A DNA stretch of 54,624 nt, from assembly GCA_002721465.1 (NCBI GenBank), contig PBKO01000011.1, positions 6,332-60,955 on the forward strand, given 5' to 3'. This document shows positions 28,249 to 38,008 of this stretch, piece by piece (the stretch's first letter is position 1; each line of letters begins with the position of its first letter). The notes beneath the pieces are model-generated. The model was not told where the DNA came from. It did not search any database and was given only the letters and a program-made list of their open reading frames with translations. The position numbers and the translations under genes are program-made. This stretch comes from Gammaproteobacteria bacterium (GTDB lineage Bacteria; Pseudomonadota; Gammaproteobacteria; Magnimaribacterales; D2472).

Positions 28249-28628
28249 TAAATTAATTCTTTTAAAGGTTCAGATACAAAAGTATATTTTTCGACTTCAT
28301 CACTTTCAAATAAAATTTCTTCGTTTTCATCGATTTGTAGAACAATATCAATATCAAGAGTTCTTGCACTAAACTTTGGGGCGTTTCTATTTCTTCCAGA
28401 CTCATCCTCAATTAATTTAAGTTTTTTATTGAGTTCGTCAAATGTTAAATTTGTTTCGCCACATACAACTGAATTTAAAAAATCGTCACCTTCAAATCCT
28501 TCAGCTTTTGTTCTATGAATTGAAGACGAACTAGTATTTTGTAAAATTTTAGTTAATTCTTTTTGAGCAAAGTCTAAGTTTTTTTGTGCGTTAATATTGC
28601 TTCCGAGTGATAAAAAATATTTCATCAT
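28248..28628 (-). CDS. folK: 6-hydroxymethyl-7,8-dihydropterin pyrophosphokinase, short
   Basis: LSLGSNI, FLNSVV, E...GR, RTLDIDI; after folB. Confidence 0.9.
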   Translation of the reverse strand: MMKYFLSLGSNINAQKNLDFAQKELTKILQNTSSSSIHRTKAEGFEGDDFLNSVVCGETNLTFDELNKKLKLIEDESGRNRNAPKFSARTLDIDIVLQIDENEEILFESDEVEKYTFVSEPLKELI

Positions 28629-28972
28629 CTATGGATAATTAAGCCTACATCTTTTGCTCCACGAAGAGCTCCAGGCTTTGATACTCTTAGCTTAATTGAT
28701 TCAACACCAAAATCATCTTTTACCAATGATGCAATGCCTTCAGCTAAAGATTCTTGAAGTTGAAATGAAGATTCTTCAACAAATTTTATTACAGCTTTAC
28801 AAATAGTCTTGTAATCAGTTGTATCTTCTATTGAGTCAGATACTGCTGCTTTTCTGCAATCAAATGGAAATTCCATATCAATGCTCACTTCTTGTTTTAC
28901 TTTTCTCTCCCAATCAAAAATTCCAATGATTGTTTTAACTCTTAAATCTTTTATATAAATAATATCTTTCAT
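28625..28972 (-). CDS. folB: Dihydroneopterin aldolase
   Basis: IGIFDWER..KQ, DY, L.ESLAE, SKPGA. Confidence 0.95.
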   Translation of the reverse strand: MKDIIYIKDLRVKTIIGIFDWERKVKQEVSIDMEFPFDCRKAAVSDSIEDTTDYKTICKAVIKFVEESSFQLQESLAEGIASLVKDDFGVESIKLRVSKPGALRGAKDVGLIIHR

Positions 28973-29973
28973 TGTTCCAACTCATCCAGTGGCCATCTTG
29001 CTCTTACTTTTGATACGTTATGTCCCTTATTTTTTGGGCTTATCTTCGATCCTACAAAAGCTATCATTGCAGCGTTATCACCACAATATTTCAGATCTGG
29101 GTAATAAACTTTAATATTAAGATCTTCTTCAATGTTTTTAAACTCATTTCTAATAAATTTATTAGCAGCAACTCCTCCAGCAATTATTATGTCCTTTCTA
29201 TTTGTTTTATTGATGGCTTTTGTTATTTTAGCAATTAATAAATCTGAAACAGCCTTTTGAAAAGATGCAGCTATATTTGATTTTACTTTCTCATCTAAAT
29301 TATCTATCTTTTGAACTGTATACAAAACAGATGTCTTTAATCCACTTAGACTCATATCAAGATTATCACTATGAATCATCGGTCTAGGAAAGTCATATGT
29401 TTCTGGATCACCATTTAAGGCTATTTTTTCAATATAGGGACCCCCTGGATATGGGAGATCAAGTAATTTTGCTACCTTGTCAAAAGCCTCTCCAACAGCA
29501 TCATCTTGAGATTGACCGATAATTTGATAGTTACCTTTTTCTTTTACATCAACAATCATGCTATGTCCGCCTGATATTAGTAAACACAAAAATGGCATTT
29601 TAATTTCTGGAAACTCCATCATAGGTGACATCAAATGTCCCTCAAGATGATTTATTGGGATTAATGGAACATCAAGTGCAGAAGATAAGCCTTGAGCAAA
29701 GCTCTCTCCAATTAAAAGTGCTCCTAATAATCCTGGACCAGATGTGTAAGCTATCTGATCAATACATTCTATTGAATAATCACCTAGTGCTTCTCTCATA
29801 ACATTTACTATCTTTGAACAATGGTCTCTTGATGCTAATTCGGGTACTACACCACCATATTGTGTATGCATTTTTATTTGACTATGAATTGATTCACCAA
29901 CTAACCCTTCATGAGAATCATAAATAGCAATTGCAGTTTCATCACATGATGTTTCTATTCCTAAAGTTTTCAT
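28969..29973 (-). CDS. tsaD: tRNA t6A threonylcarbamoyltransferase
   Basis: GIETSCDET, GGVVPELASR, HLEGH, DDAVGEAFDK, DNAAMIA. Confidence 0.98.
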   Translation of the reverse strand: MKTLGIETSCDETAIAIYDSHEGLVGESIHSQIKMHTQYGGVVPELASRDHCSKIVNVMREALGDYSIECIDQIAYTSGPGLLGALLIGESFAQGLSSALDVPLIPINHLEGHLMSPMMEFPEIKMPFLCLLISGGHSMIVDVKEKGNYQIIGQSQDDAVGEAFDKVAKLLDLPYPGGPYIEKIALNGDPETYDFPRPMIHSDNLDMSLSGLKTSVLYTVQKIDNLDEKVKSNIAASFQKAVSDLLIAKITKAINKTNRKDIIIAGGVAANKFIRNEFKNIEEDLNIKVYYPDLKYCGDNAAMIAFVGSKISPKNKGHNVSKVRARWPLDELEQ

Positions 29974-29981
29974 AAAAAATT

Positions 29982-30010
29982 TTGCAAAATTGTTAATAAA
30001 AGCCTAAACT
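29982..30010 (+). promoter_or_regulatory. Putative sigma70 promoter of rpsU
   Basis: TTGCAA (29982-87), 17 bp spacer, TAAACT (30005-10), 12 bp before the ATG. Confidence 0.55.
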
Positions 30011-30022
30011 ACGCGACACATT

Positions 30023-30238
30023 ATGCCTTCAATTATAATAAAAGAAACAGAACATTTTGATATTGGTTTAAGAAAATTCAAGCGTGCTTGTGAAAAAGCT
30101 GCAATTGTTCCTGAAATAAGAGCAAGAGAATTCTACGAAAAACCAACTGAGAAGAGAAAACGTCTAATGGCAGCAGCTGTCAAAAGAGCAAGAAAAACTA
30201 ATAGGAAATATTCATTCCCAAGACAAAGATCTAGATAA
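30023..30238 (+). CDS. rpsU: 30S ribosomal protein S21
   Basis: [19 protein letters not shown]; divergent from tsaD. Confidence 0.97.
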   Translation: MPSIIIKETEHFDIGLRKFKRACEKAAIVPEIRAREFYEKPTEKRKRLMAAAVKRARKTNRKYSFPRQRSR

Positions 30239-30240
30239 TT

Positions 30241-30684
30241 TTGGCTCTTATATCTGATATTAAAAACGACCTTAAGCAGGCAATGCTTAATAAAGATGAT
30301 TTGGTACGAGATACTTTAAGAATGTTCTTATCCGAAGTTCAAAGATTTGAAATTGATAACAAAGAAGATGTGGATGATGCAAAGGCCATTCAGATTATTA
30401 ATAAAATGATTAAACAAAGAAATGATTCAATTAATCAATTCAAAACTGGTGGGAGAGACGACTTAGCTGAAAAAGAACAACATGAGTCTGACATTTTATC
30501 TAAGTACAAACCTCAACAACTCAGCGATGCAGATATCAAAATCAAAGTGAAAGAAGTTATAGAGCAAACTGGTTCAACTTCAATGCAAGATATAGGAAAA
30601 GTTATGGGTGAGCTAAAATCTTCTTTAGCTGGTTCAGCTGATATGGGTATTGTGAGCAAGATAGTAAAAGAGCTGCTTTCATAA
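30241..30684 (+). CDS. GatB/YqeY domain protein
   Basis: [29 protein letters not shown]; follows rpsU. Confidence 0.93.
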   Translation: MALISDIKNDLKQAMLNKDDLVRDTLRMFLSEVQRFEIDNKEDVDDAKAIQIINKMIKQRNDSINQFKTGGRDDLAEKEQHESDILSKYKPQQLSDADIKIKVKEVIEQTGSTSMQDIGKVMGELKSSLAGSADMGIVSKIVKELLS

Positions 30685-30697
30685 AATTTTTTTTAAT

Positions 30698-31399
30698 ATG
30701 AGAAACAAAGATCGTGATCATAACCAACTTAGAGATATCTCAATTGAATCAAATGTTAATATTCATGCGGAAGGATCTGTTTTAGTATCATTTGGAAATA
30801 CCAAAGTTATTTGTAACGCCTCTATTGAAAATAACGTTCCACGATGGATGAAAAACTCCGATGAAGGTTGGATAACTGCTGAATATGGCATGTTACCAAG
30901 ATCCACCAATGAAAGAATGAGTAGAGAAGCTGCAAGAGGAAAACAGAGTGGAAGAACTCAAGAAATTCAGAGGCTAATAGGAAGATCTCTTAGACAAGCT
31001 GTAAATCTTAAATACTTAAAAGGCAAAACAATTAATATTGATTGCGATGTTATTCAAGCTGATGGTGGCACAAGAACGGCATCTATAACTGGAGGTTGTG
31101 TTGCTTTGTTTCTTGCAATTAAGAATCATCATGATGATCATAGAGCGATTAAATCCTTCGTAGCTGCGATATCTCTTGGTATCAAAGACAATAAGATTTT
31201 ATTGGACTTAGATTATGACGAGGATAGCTCAGCTGATACTGACATTAATATTGTGATGAACGAAAATGATGAATTGATTGAAATCCAAGGTACTGCTGAA
31301 GATGCACCTTTTTCAAAATCAGAACTTGTTGATATGCTAGAGATGGGTGGCTCTGCAATAGCAGAGTTAATACAAAAACAAAAAGCTTGTATTGAGTAA
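30698..31399 (+). CDS. rph: Ribonuclease PH
   Basis: [43 protein letters not shown]. Confidence 0.98.
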   Translation: MRNKDRDHNQLRDISIESNVNIHAEGSVLVSFGNTKVICNASIENNVPRWMKNSDEGWITAEYGMLPRSTNERMSREAARGKQSGRTQEIQRLIGRSLRQAVNLKYLKGKTINIDCDVIQADGGTRTASITGGCVALFLAIKNHHDDHRAIKSFVAAISLGIKDNKILLDLDYDEDSSADTDINIVMNENDELIEIQGTAEDAPFSKSELVDMLEMGGSAIAELIQKQKACIE

Positions 31400-32038
31400 G
31401 TGAAAGATTATCAAAAACTATTTCTTAATTTAGCAATAGAATCTAATTCTTTGCAGTTTGGTTCTTTCACTTTAAAGTCTGGAAGAAAAAGTCCATATTT
31501 TTTTAATGCCGCAAATATGTTAAGTAATTGTAATCTCTTTGAGTTAGCAAATTGCTATAAAAGTGCTATCGAAGATAAAGAGCTAGAATTTGACTCAATT
31601 TATGGTCCAGCTTATAAAGGTATATTTCTTGGGTCTATTGTTGCAGCAGCTTTTGGTAACGATGGCAAAGAGTATCCTCTTTCATTTAATAGAAAGGAAG
31701 AAAAAGATCATGGAGAGGGAGGCAATATTATTGGGCCGCCTCCATCTGGAAATGTTTTGATCATTGACGATGTTTTATCAGCTGGAACTGCTGGAAGAGA
31801 GTCAATAGAGATGATTTTAAAGCTTTCCGCTAACCCTAGTGCATTTTTAGTCGGTTTGGATAGACAAGAAATAGGTATATCAGAAATTTCCTCAAGCAAG
31901 GAGCTTGAAAAAGACTTCAATATTAGGGTTGAATCTATAGTTAATTTAGACACACTTGTTGATTTTGTTAAAGACGATCAAAAATTTGATAAGCATATTG
32001 AAGATCTCAACAAGTATAGAGAAGAATGGGGAGCATAA
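31400..32038 (+). CDS. pyrE: Orotate phosphoribosyltransferase
   Basis: FTLKSGRKSPYFFN, GPAYKGI, NRKEEKDHGEGG, IIDDVLSAGT. Confidence 0.97.
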   Translation: MKDYQKLFLNLAIESNSLQFGSFTLKSGRKSPYFFNAANMLSNCNLFELANCYKSAIEDKELEFDSIYGPAYKGIFLGSIVAAAFGNDGKEYPLSFNRKEEKDHGEGGNIIGPPPSGNVLIIDDVLSAGTAGRESIEMILKLSANPSAFLVGLDRQEIGISEISSSKELEKDFNIRVESIVNLDTLVDFVKDDQKFDKHIEDLNKYREEWGA

Positions 32039-32653
32039 ATGTTTTCAGGAATAGTCCAAGGAACAGGCAAATTATCTAAAATCATCAACAATAAAGATTT
32101 CGTTAGGCTTGAAATAATACCGCCTAAAAACTTTTCAAAAAATCTCAAGAAGGGTTTTAGTATTTCTGTAGATGGAGTTTGCCTCACATCACTTTCTGGC
32201 AATTCAAAAACTTTAAAGTTTGATGTAATAGAAGAGACCTTATCAAGAACAAATTTTAAAGAATTAAAAAAAGGGTCATCTGTCAATCTAGAAAGATCAA
32301 TAACTGCTTCGTCAGAAATTGGTGGTCACTTAATGTCTGGACATATTCATTTTACTGGTAAAGTTAAAAAGATTATTAAAAAGCCATCTACTATCGATAT
32401 TGTAGTTAGCTTCCAAAAAAGATTTAAAGATTATATTTTTGAAAAAGGCTATATAGGTATTAATGGCTGTAGTCTAACTCTAGGAAAAGTAAATAAGGAT
32501 AGTTTCTATTTACATATTATTCCCGAAACTCTCTCAATAACTAATTTGAAAGAATTAAAAACGAATTCATTGGTTAATGTTGAAATAGATCAAAATACTA
32601 TTTCAATTGTAGAGACAGTTAAAAAAACTTTAGCAGCTCAAAAATCTCGATAA
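32039..32653 (+). CDS. ribC: Riboflavin synthase (alpha chain)
   Basis: MFSGIVQ, VDGVCLT, VNLER, GGHLMSGH, NGCSLT, IPETL. Confidence 0.95.
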   Translation: MFSGIVQGTGKLSKIINNKDFVRLEIIPPKNFSKNLKKGFSISVDGVCLTSLSGNSKTLKFDVIEETLSRTNFKELKKGSSVNLERSITASSEIGGHLMSGHIHFTGKVKKIIKKPSTIDIVVSFQKRFKDYIFEKGYIGINGCSLTLGKVNKDSFYLHIIPETLSITNLKELKTNSLVNVEIDQNTISIVETVKKTLAAQKSR

Positions 32654-33535
32654 AACAGCCATCCTTACAGCAACTCCATTTTTCACCTGCTCTCTTATCA
32701 CTGATTGCTCAGAATCATAAATAGACTCAGTGATTTCTATATAGTTTACTGGTCCTGGATGCATAATTATTGCATCTCCTTTTGCATTATCCATCTTTTC
32801 AGATGTTAGTTGATAGTCTTGTTTATAAGTTTCTAAATCTAAATCTAGCTCTTGTTCAAATCTTTCATGTTGAATTCTTAAAGCCATTACAACATCAGCA
32901 TTGTCCAAAGCTTTATTCAAGTCTGGTTCATATAGTCCTTGTTTATTATCTATATATTTTGTGCACATTGCTGGATGACCTGATAAAACAAGTGCCTCAA
33001 GCTCAAAATTTTTGAGAACCTCAAGAAAAGATGAAGTAACACGAGAATGATCAAGATCACCTACAATTACAATTTTTAGGCTATCTAGAGTTTCTTTGTT
33101 ATCCATTATTGTCTTTAAATCAAGCAAGGTTTGAGTTGGATGTGACAACATGCCCTCGCCTGCATTTACAAAAGTCATATTTGGTAAATATTCTGCAAGA
33201 TCCTTTATCACTGAGTCAGAATGCCTTAGTACACATAAATCAACACCCATTAGATGAAGTGCATCAATAGTCTCATAGATAGTTTCTCCTTTTTGTATAG
33301 AAGAATTATTTACATCGAAATCTAAAACACAACATCCTAGGTTTGATGCGGCGATAGAGAACGAAGATTTAGTTCTGGTGCTTGGTTCACAAAAAACATT
33401 TGCAATGGTCTTATCTGGAAAAAGATCCTCTTTTCTAAAATTACCTTCATCATCAATAAAACTATCAGAAAACTTAATAATTTCTAAAATTTCATTTTTA
33501 GATAAGTCAGAAATAGATATTAGATTTTTAGCCAT
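32630..33535 (-). CDS. pyrB: Aspartate carbamoyltransferase catalytic subunit
   Basis: EPSTRT, KGET, NAGEG...HPTQ, GDLDHSRV, RIQHER, MHPGP; start set at ATG 33535. Confidence 0.96.
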   Translation of the reverse strand: MAKNLISISDLSKNEILEIIKFSDSFIDDEGNFRKEDLFPDKTIANVFCEPSTRTKSSFSIAASNLGCCVLDFDVNNSSIQKGETIYETIDALHLMGVDLCVLRHSDSVIKDLAEYLPNMTFVNAGEGMLSHPTQTLLDLKTIMDNKETLDSLKIVIVGDLDHSRVTSSFLEVLKNFELEALVLSGHPAMCTKYIDNKQGLYEPDLNKALDNADVVMALRIQHERFEQELDLDLETYKQDYQLTSEKMDNAKGDAIIMHPGPVNYIEITESIYDSEQSVIREQVKNGVAVRMAVLSRFLSC

Positions 33536-33914
33536 TAGTTGAAACAATTGCCTCAATCTCAACATTCACACCCAGAGGTAAACCAGATACTTCTACAGTT
33601 GCTCTTGCAGGAAATGGTTCAACAAAATTATTAATCATAACTTCATTTACTTTTGCAAAATTACCAAGATCGGTTAAAAAAATTGTTATTTTTACAATGT
33701 CTTCTAATCCTAATCCTGCTGCCTCGCATATACTCTTGAGATTTTTAATTACTTGAGTAGTTTCTTCTTCTATGGATCCTTCAACAAGATTTCCTGTTTT
33801 TGGATCTAAGGGTATTTGCCCTGATATAAAGATTAGATCTCCAGTTTTAACAGCCTGTGAGTATGGTCCTATGGCTTGAGGAGCATTTTGTGTTGAGATT
33901 ACTTCCTTAGACAT
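33528..33914 (-). CDS. ridA: RidA family enamine/imine deaminase
   Basis: APQAIGPYSQA, SGQIP, PARATVEV, VEIEA; AAGGAG RBS before ATG 33914; possible longer start at 33995. Confidence 0.9.
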   Translation of the reverse strand: MSKEVISTQNAPQAIGPYSQAVKTGDLIFISGQIPLDPKTGNLVEGSIEEETTQVIKNLKSICEAAGLGLEDIVKITIFLTDLGNFAKVNEVMINNFVEPFPARATVEVSGLPLGVNVEIEAIVSTNG

Positions 33915-33984
33915 TTTTAACTCCTTTGACAAAATAAAATTAGGTAGTAATAGAATTGTACATAAAAAAAAATAAATTATTTTA

Positions 33985-36168
33985 CTATTTGTCATTAATA
34001 TTTCTTCTACAACTAGTTGTAAATTTCATGCCTCTTACCTTTTTCATTATATTCTTTAGATCTTCTAAATTTTTAACTTCAATTTCTAATTCAAAACCAG
34101 CAAATTTTTTATCAATTGTTTTTGTATTTACTGAATCAATATTAATTCCATTCTTTGCAAATACCGAACCTAGATCTGAAAGAACTCCAACTCTATCTTC
34201 TGTATTAATTTCTATTTTAGTTTTGTATAAAAGATCCTTCTTATTTTCTCCCCAGATTGCAGGTAAATATCTAGGATCTTTTTTGATATATTTTAAAATT
34301 TGTTTACATTTTTTGTGATGAACAACCATTCCCCTTTCCGTATCTGAATGAGCTGCAACAGGATCTCCATATACTGGGCGGCAACATTTTGCAAAACGAA
34401 CGGTAACACTTTCAATTCTGTTATCTAAAATAATTACAGGATTAGGCTCTTCAATACCTTCTCTAATTTGAAGCCCCGAATAAAATCTTTCAGCGATAAT
34501 ACTTCCAGTTCTCTTGCCCAAACCAAGATCGGTAAGTAAATTATTAAGTGATGTAACTCCAATGGAGTCGAGTATTTTCTTGAGATAGCTTCCTCGATAT
34601 TCTGAAAGACTTGAGCCAGCTCTTTTTAACTCAGTCTCAAGCATCACTTTACCAGCCTTTCTTGCATCTGATTCTTTTTGTTTTCTTAATCTGGCTCTAA
34701 TGAAACTTCTTGCTTTACTTGTAACAACATAATTAAGCCATGAAGGATCTATTTCTGATTTAGTTTTTGATGTGATTATTTCAACAGTTTGACCAGTTTC
34801 AAGTTCAATATTAATTGGTACTTCTTTTCTATTAACTTTGCATCCAATGATTGAATTTCCTAAATCGGTATGAACTTCATATGCAAAGTCTATTGGTGTA
34901 GCTCCTTTTCTTAGAGCATACACGTCACCTTTTGGTGAAAATAAAAAGACCTCGTTAGAATCTAGATCTGTTTTTATGGATTCAGCAAACTCAGATGGAC
35001 TATTAGATTTTTTTTGAAGATCTACTAAGCTACTGAGCCATCTGGTTGCTCTGAGTTCTGATCCCTTCTTTTTATCATTAGTCTTGAACTGCCAGTGAGC
35101 TGCAATTCCAAAACTTGCTATTTCAGACATACTTCTAGTTTGTATCTGTACCTCAATTGGGAAAGCATTTAATGCAAGCAAGCTTGTATGCAGAGCCTGG
35201 TATCCATTACTTTTTGGAATGGCGATATAATCTTTAAATCTATTTTCAATTGGTGAAAAATAGTTATGAATAATTCCAAGAGATCTATAACACTCATCAA
35301 CAGAATCAACGAGTATTCTAAAACCATAAACATCTAAAATTTCAGAAAAAGGTTTATGTTTAGATTTAATTTTTTTATAGATGCTATAGATATTTTTTTC
35401 TCTGCCCTTTACACCAACTTCATCAATTCCATTTGATTTAAGATGCTTTTTGAGTTCTTTTCTTATTTTAGAAACAATTCTTTTTCTGCCTCCACTAGAT
35501 TTTTTTATTGCACTTTCTAGCATTGAGGCTCTTAGAGGATGAATGCATCTAAATGATAAATCCTCTAATTCGGATCTTATATCCTGCATACCAATTCTTA
35601 ATGCTAATGGACCATATAATTCTATGGTTTCTTTAGATTTTTGAATCTGCTTAGATCTTGGTAAATGCTCAATGGTTCTCATGTTATGAAGTCTGTCACA
35701 TATTTTTACCAATATTACTCTTACATCTTTTGAAATTGCTAACATCATTTTTTGAAGATTATTAGCATCTCTCTCTGATGTAGTTTTTATATCTAAAGCG
35801 CTAAGCTTGCTCACTCCATCAACTATCTCTGCAACATCATTTCCAAATAACTTTGCAAGATCATTTTTTTTAACATCACAATCTTCGAGAATATCATGCA
35901 TTAATGCAGCACATATAGAATCAGGATCCATTTTAAGTTCCAATAAAATGCTAGCCACATTTACAGGGTGTGAAATATATTTTGAGCCATCTTTTCTCTT
36001 TTGACCTTCATGAGAATAGAATGCAAATGTATATGCCTTTTGAATCTTTTTAAGATCTTTGACATCAAGATATGATTTTGTTTTTTTATAAAAATCGTAT
36101 GGTAATTTGAGTAGATAATCCTCTGTAAAGTTATTAACTAACGTGCTTGGCAGGACATGGTCACTCAA
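33985..36168 (-). CDS. spoT: (p)ppGpp synthetase/hydrolase SpoT
   Basis: H.GQKRKDG..YISHP, HDILED, DRLHNMRT, RFKDY, TGS, CCRP zinc finger, ACT; follows rpoZ. Confidence 0.95.
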   Translation of the reverse strand: MSDHVLPSTLVNNFTEDYLLKLPYDFYKKTKSYLDVKDLKKIQKAYTFAFYSHEGQKRKDGSKYISHPVNVASILLELKMDPDSICAALMHDILEDCDVKKNDLAKLFGNDVAEIVDGVSKLSALDIKTTSERDANNLQKMMLAISKDVRVILVKICDRLHNMRTIEHLPRSKQIQKSKETIELYGPLALRIGMQDIRSELEDLSFRCIHPLRASMLESAIKKSSGGRKRIVSKIRKELKKHLKSNGIDEVGVKGREKNIYSIYKKIKSKHKPFSEILDVYGFRILVDSVDECYRSLGIIHNYFSPIENRFKDYIAIPKSNGYQALHTSLLALNAFPIEVQIQTRSMSEIASFGIAAHWQFKTNDKKKGSELRATRWLSSLVDLQKKSNSPSEFAESIKTDLDSNEVFLFSPKGDVYALRKGATPIDFAYEVHTDLGNSIIGCKVNRKEVPINIELETGQTVEIITSKTKSEIDPSWLNYVVTSKARSFIRARLRKQKESDARKAGKVMLETELKRAGSSLSEYRGSYLKKILDSIGVTSLNNLLTDLGLGKRTGSIIAERFYSGLQIREGIEEPNPVIILDNRIESVTVRFAKCCRPVYGDPVAAHSDTERGMVVHHKKCKQILKYIKKDPRYLPAIWGENKKDLLYKTKIEINTEDRVGVLSDLGSVFAKNGINIDSVNTKTIDKKFAGFELEIEVKNLEDLKNIMKKVRGMKFTTSCRRNINDK

Positions 36169-36188
36169 GATAACCGCTCCTTAATCAT

Positions 36189-36458
36189 TTATCCAATATT
36201 TTCGTTTTCTGGATTTGAAGGAACAGAGAATTCGTCAAGTAAGACGTCTTCTTCAAGTGTTTTTTCTAATGTTTCCTGATCGAGTAAACCTTCTTCAATT
36301 TCCCTTAAAGCAACTAAAGTCGGTTTATCATTATCCCATTCCACCAAAGGATCTCTGCTAGTTGTCGAGAGTTGTCTTGCACGCTTAGATGCCATTAATA
36401 TAAGATCAAACCTACTAGGTATCTTCTGTAAACAATCTTCTACTGTAATTCTTGCCAT
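36189..36458 (-). CDS. rpoZ: RNA polymerase omega subunit
   Basis: [34 protein letters not shown]. Confidence 0.97.
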   Translation of the reverse strand: MARITVEDCLQKIPSRFDLILMASKRARQLSTTSRDPLVEWDNDKPTLVALREIEEGLLDQETLEKTLEEDVLLDEFSVPSNPENENIG

Positions 36459-36496
36459 TTTACGCTCCTGGGTTGAGTATTCTAATTCTTATTAAC

Positions 36497-37123
36497 TCAT
36501 TTATCCAATAAATCTTTTAATATATTGTTACTTTTTCTAGAGTCGTAACTTTTCTTTTCATCAAAAATTATTAATTTTAAATATTCAATAGTCTTCTCAA
36601 AATTATCATTCACTAAAATGTGATCAAAACTCTCTGCGTACATGAGTTCTGATTTTGCATTAACAAGTCTTTTTTTTATTACATTCTCAGAATCTAAGCC
36701 TCTATCTTTTAATCTCTGCTCAAGCTCTTCTAATGATGGAGGCAGTATGAATATAGATATTGTATCTACAAAGGATTTTTTTATTTGCTCATATCCTTGA
36801 ACATCAATATCAAGAATAATATCTTTACCACTGTTAGTTTTTTCATCAATAAAAGTTTTGAGGGTACCATATTGATACTCATGAACAGTTGCATGCTCTA
36901 TAAAAGCATTATCTATTTTTAAAGCATTAAATTCTTCATCTGTAACAAAAAAGTAATCTCTACCATGCTCTTCACCTTCTCGTGGTGAGCGGGTTGTAAC
37001 AGATACTGAGAGTTCAATCTTTCCATCACTTGATTCAACAATTTTTTTTATCAGTGAGGATTTACCGGCACCTGAGGGAGCTGCAAAAATAATCAATTTT
37101 CCTTTTGTTAAATCACTCAACAT
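36497..37123 (-). CDS. gmk: Guanylate kinase
   Basis: APSGAGKS, TTRSPREGE..G.DYFF, LDIDVQG, ILPPS; start about 37123/37120. Confidence 0.97.
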   Translation of the reverse strand: MLSDLTKGKLIIFAAPSGAGKSSLIKKIVESSDGKIELSVSVTTRSPREGEEHGRDYFFVTDEEFNALKIDNAFIEHATVHEYQYGTLKTFIDEKTNSGKDIILDIDVQGYEQIKKSFVDTISIFILPPSLEELEQRLKDRGLDSENVIKKRLVNAKSELMYAESFDHILVNDNFEKTIEYLKLIIFDEKKSYDSRKSNNILKDLLDK

Positions 37124-37961
37124 TTTGAATTTGTTCACGCATTTCTTCAATACTTAATTTTATTTCTAGTCCATAACTCTTCAAATTAGATTCATCCAGT
37201 TTTACAGTTAAAGTATTGGCTTCTCTAAATAATTCCTGAAGAATAAAATCTATCTTTTTTCCACTAGTTTTTTTTTGATTTATTTCCTTAACTAAAGACT
37301 CACAATGAAAATTAATTCTGTCTATTTCTTCACTTACATCATGTTTCAAGGCAAGCAAAACAATTTCTTGTTCTAATCTTTTTTTATCTAATGTATCAAT
37401 TATTTCTAAAACTTTTTGCTGATACTTCCTTTTCCTTTTATGAATATTTTTTTGGCTTGCCTTATTTATTTTTGAAATAGTTGTTTTTATATAATTGATT
37501 TTTTTTAAAAGCACTTTACAAATTTTTTTTCCTTCAGAGACTTTTGATGAATGAAAATCTTCTAATGCATTATTGAAGACATCCTTAATATGTTTTTTGT
37601 TTAGATTGATGGACGTATTTATCTGAAAAATCCCAGGTACATTTTTTATATCATTAAATTTGATTTTGCTGGAATCTATAGTGCTCTTTTCAAGTGATGT
37701 TTTAAATTTTTTTAAAAGCTCGGTATCTATCGAATAATATGTTTTTTGAGGCATTTTAAATCTCAGTCTAACCTCAAACTTTCCTCTCTTATTATCTTTA
37801 GAAATTGATTTTTTTATATAGTCCTCGAGATCATTGGGCAGATCATTTGACTTAATAGATATTTCGTTAAATCTATGATTGATGCTCTTTATTTCACAAT
37901 ATATTTCAAAATCATTTTGGATCATCTCAGAGGATCCAAAACCTGTCATACTATTAATCAT
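37113..37961 (-). CDS. yicC: YicC/YloC family endoribonuclease
   Basis: MINSMTGFG, KSINHRF, EEIDR, GKKIDFILQELFREANT, EEMREQIQNVE. Confidence 0.93.
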   Translation of the reverse strand: MINSMTGFGSSEMIQNDFEIYCEIKSINHRFNEISIKSNDLPNDLEDYIKKSISKDNKRGKFEVRLRFKMPQKTYYSIDTELLKKFKTSLEKSTIDSSKIKFNDIKNVPGIFQINTSINLNKKHIKDVFNNALEDFHSSKVSEGKKICKVLLKKINYIKTTISKINKASQKNIHKRKRKYQQKVLEIIDTLDKKRLEQEIVLLALKHDVSEEIDRINFHCESLVKEINQKKTSGKKIDFILQELFREANTLTVKLDESNLKSYGLEIKLSIEEMREQIQNVE

Positions 37962-38008
37962 CTAAATATTGTATTTTGCAATTGAGATTTCTACTAGTTA
38001 AATCTATT

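Noticed and set aside
32039-32653. Lumazine/antenna protein instead of riboflavin synthase
   Set aside because: N-terminal MF(S)GIV, the GVCLT Cys and GGHLMSGH are retained, as in the active synthase
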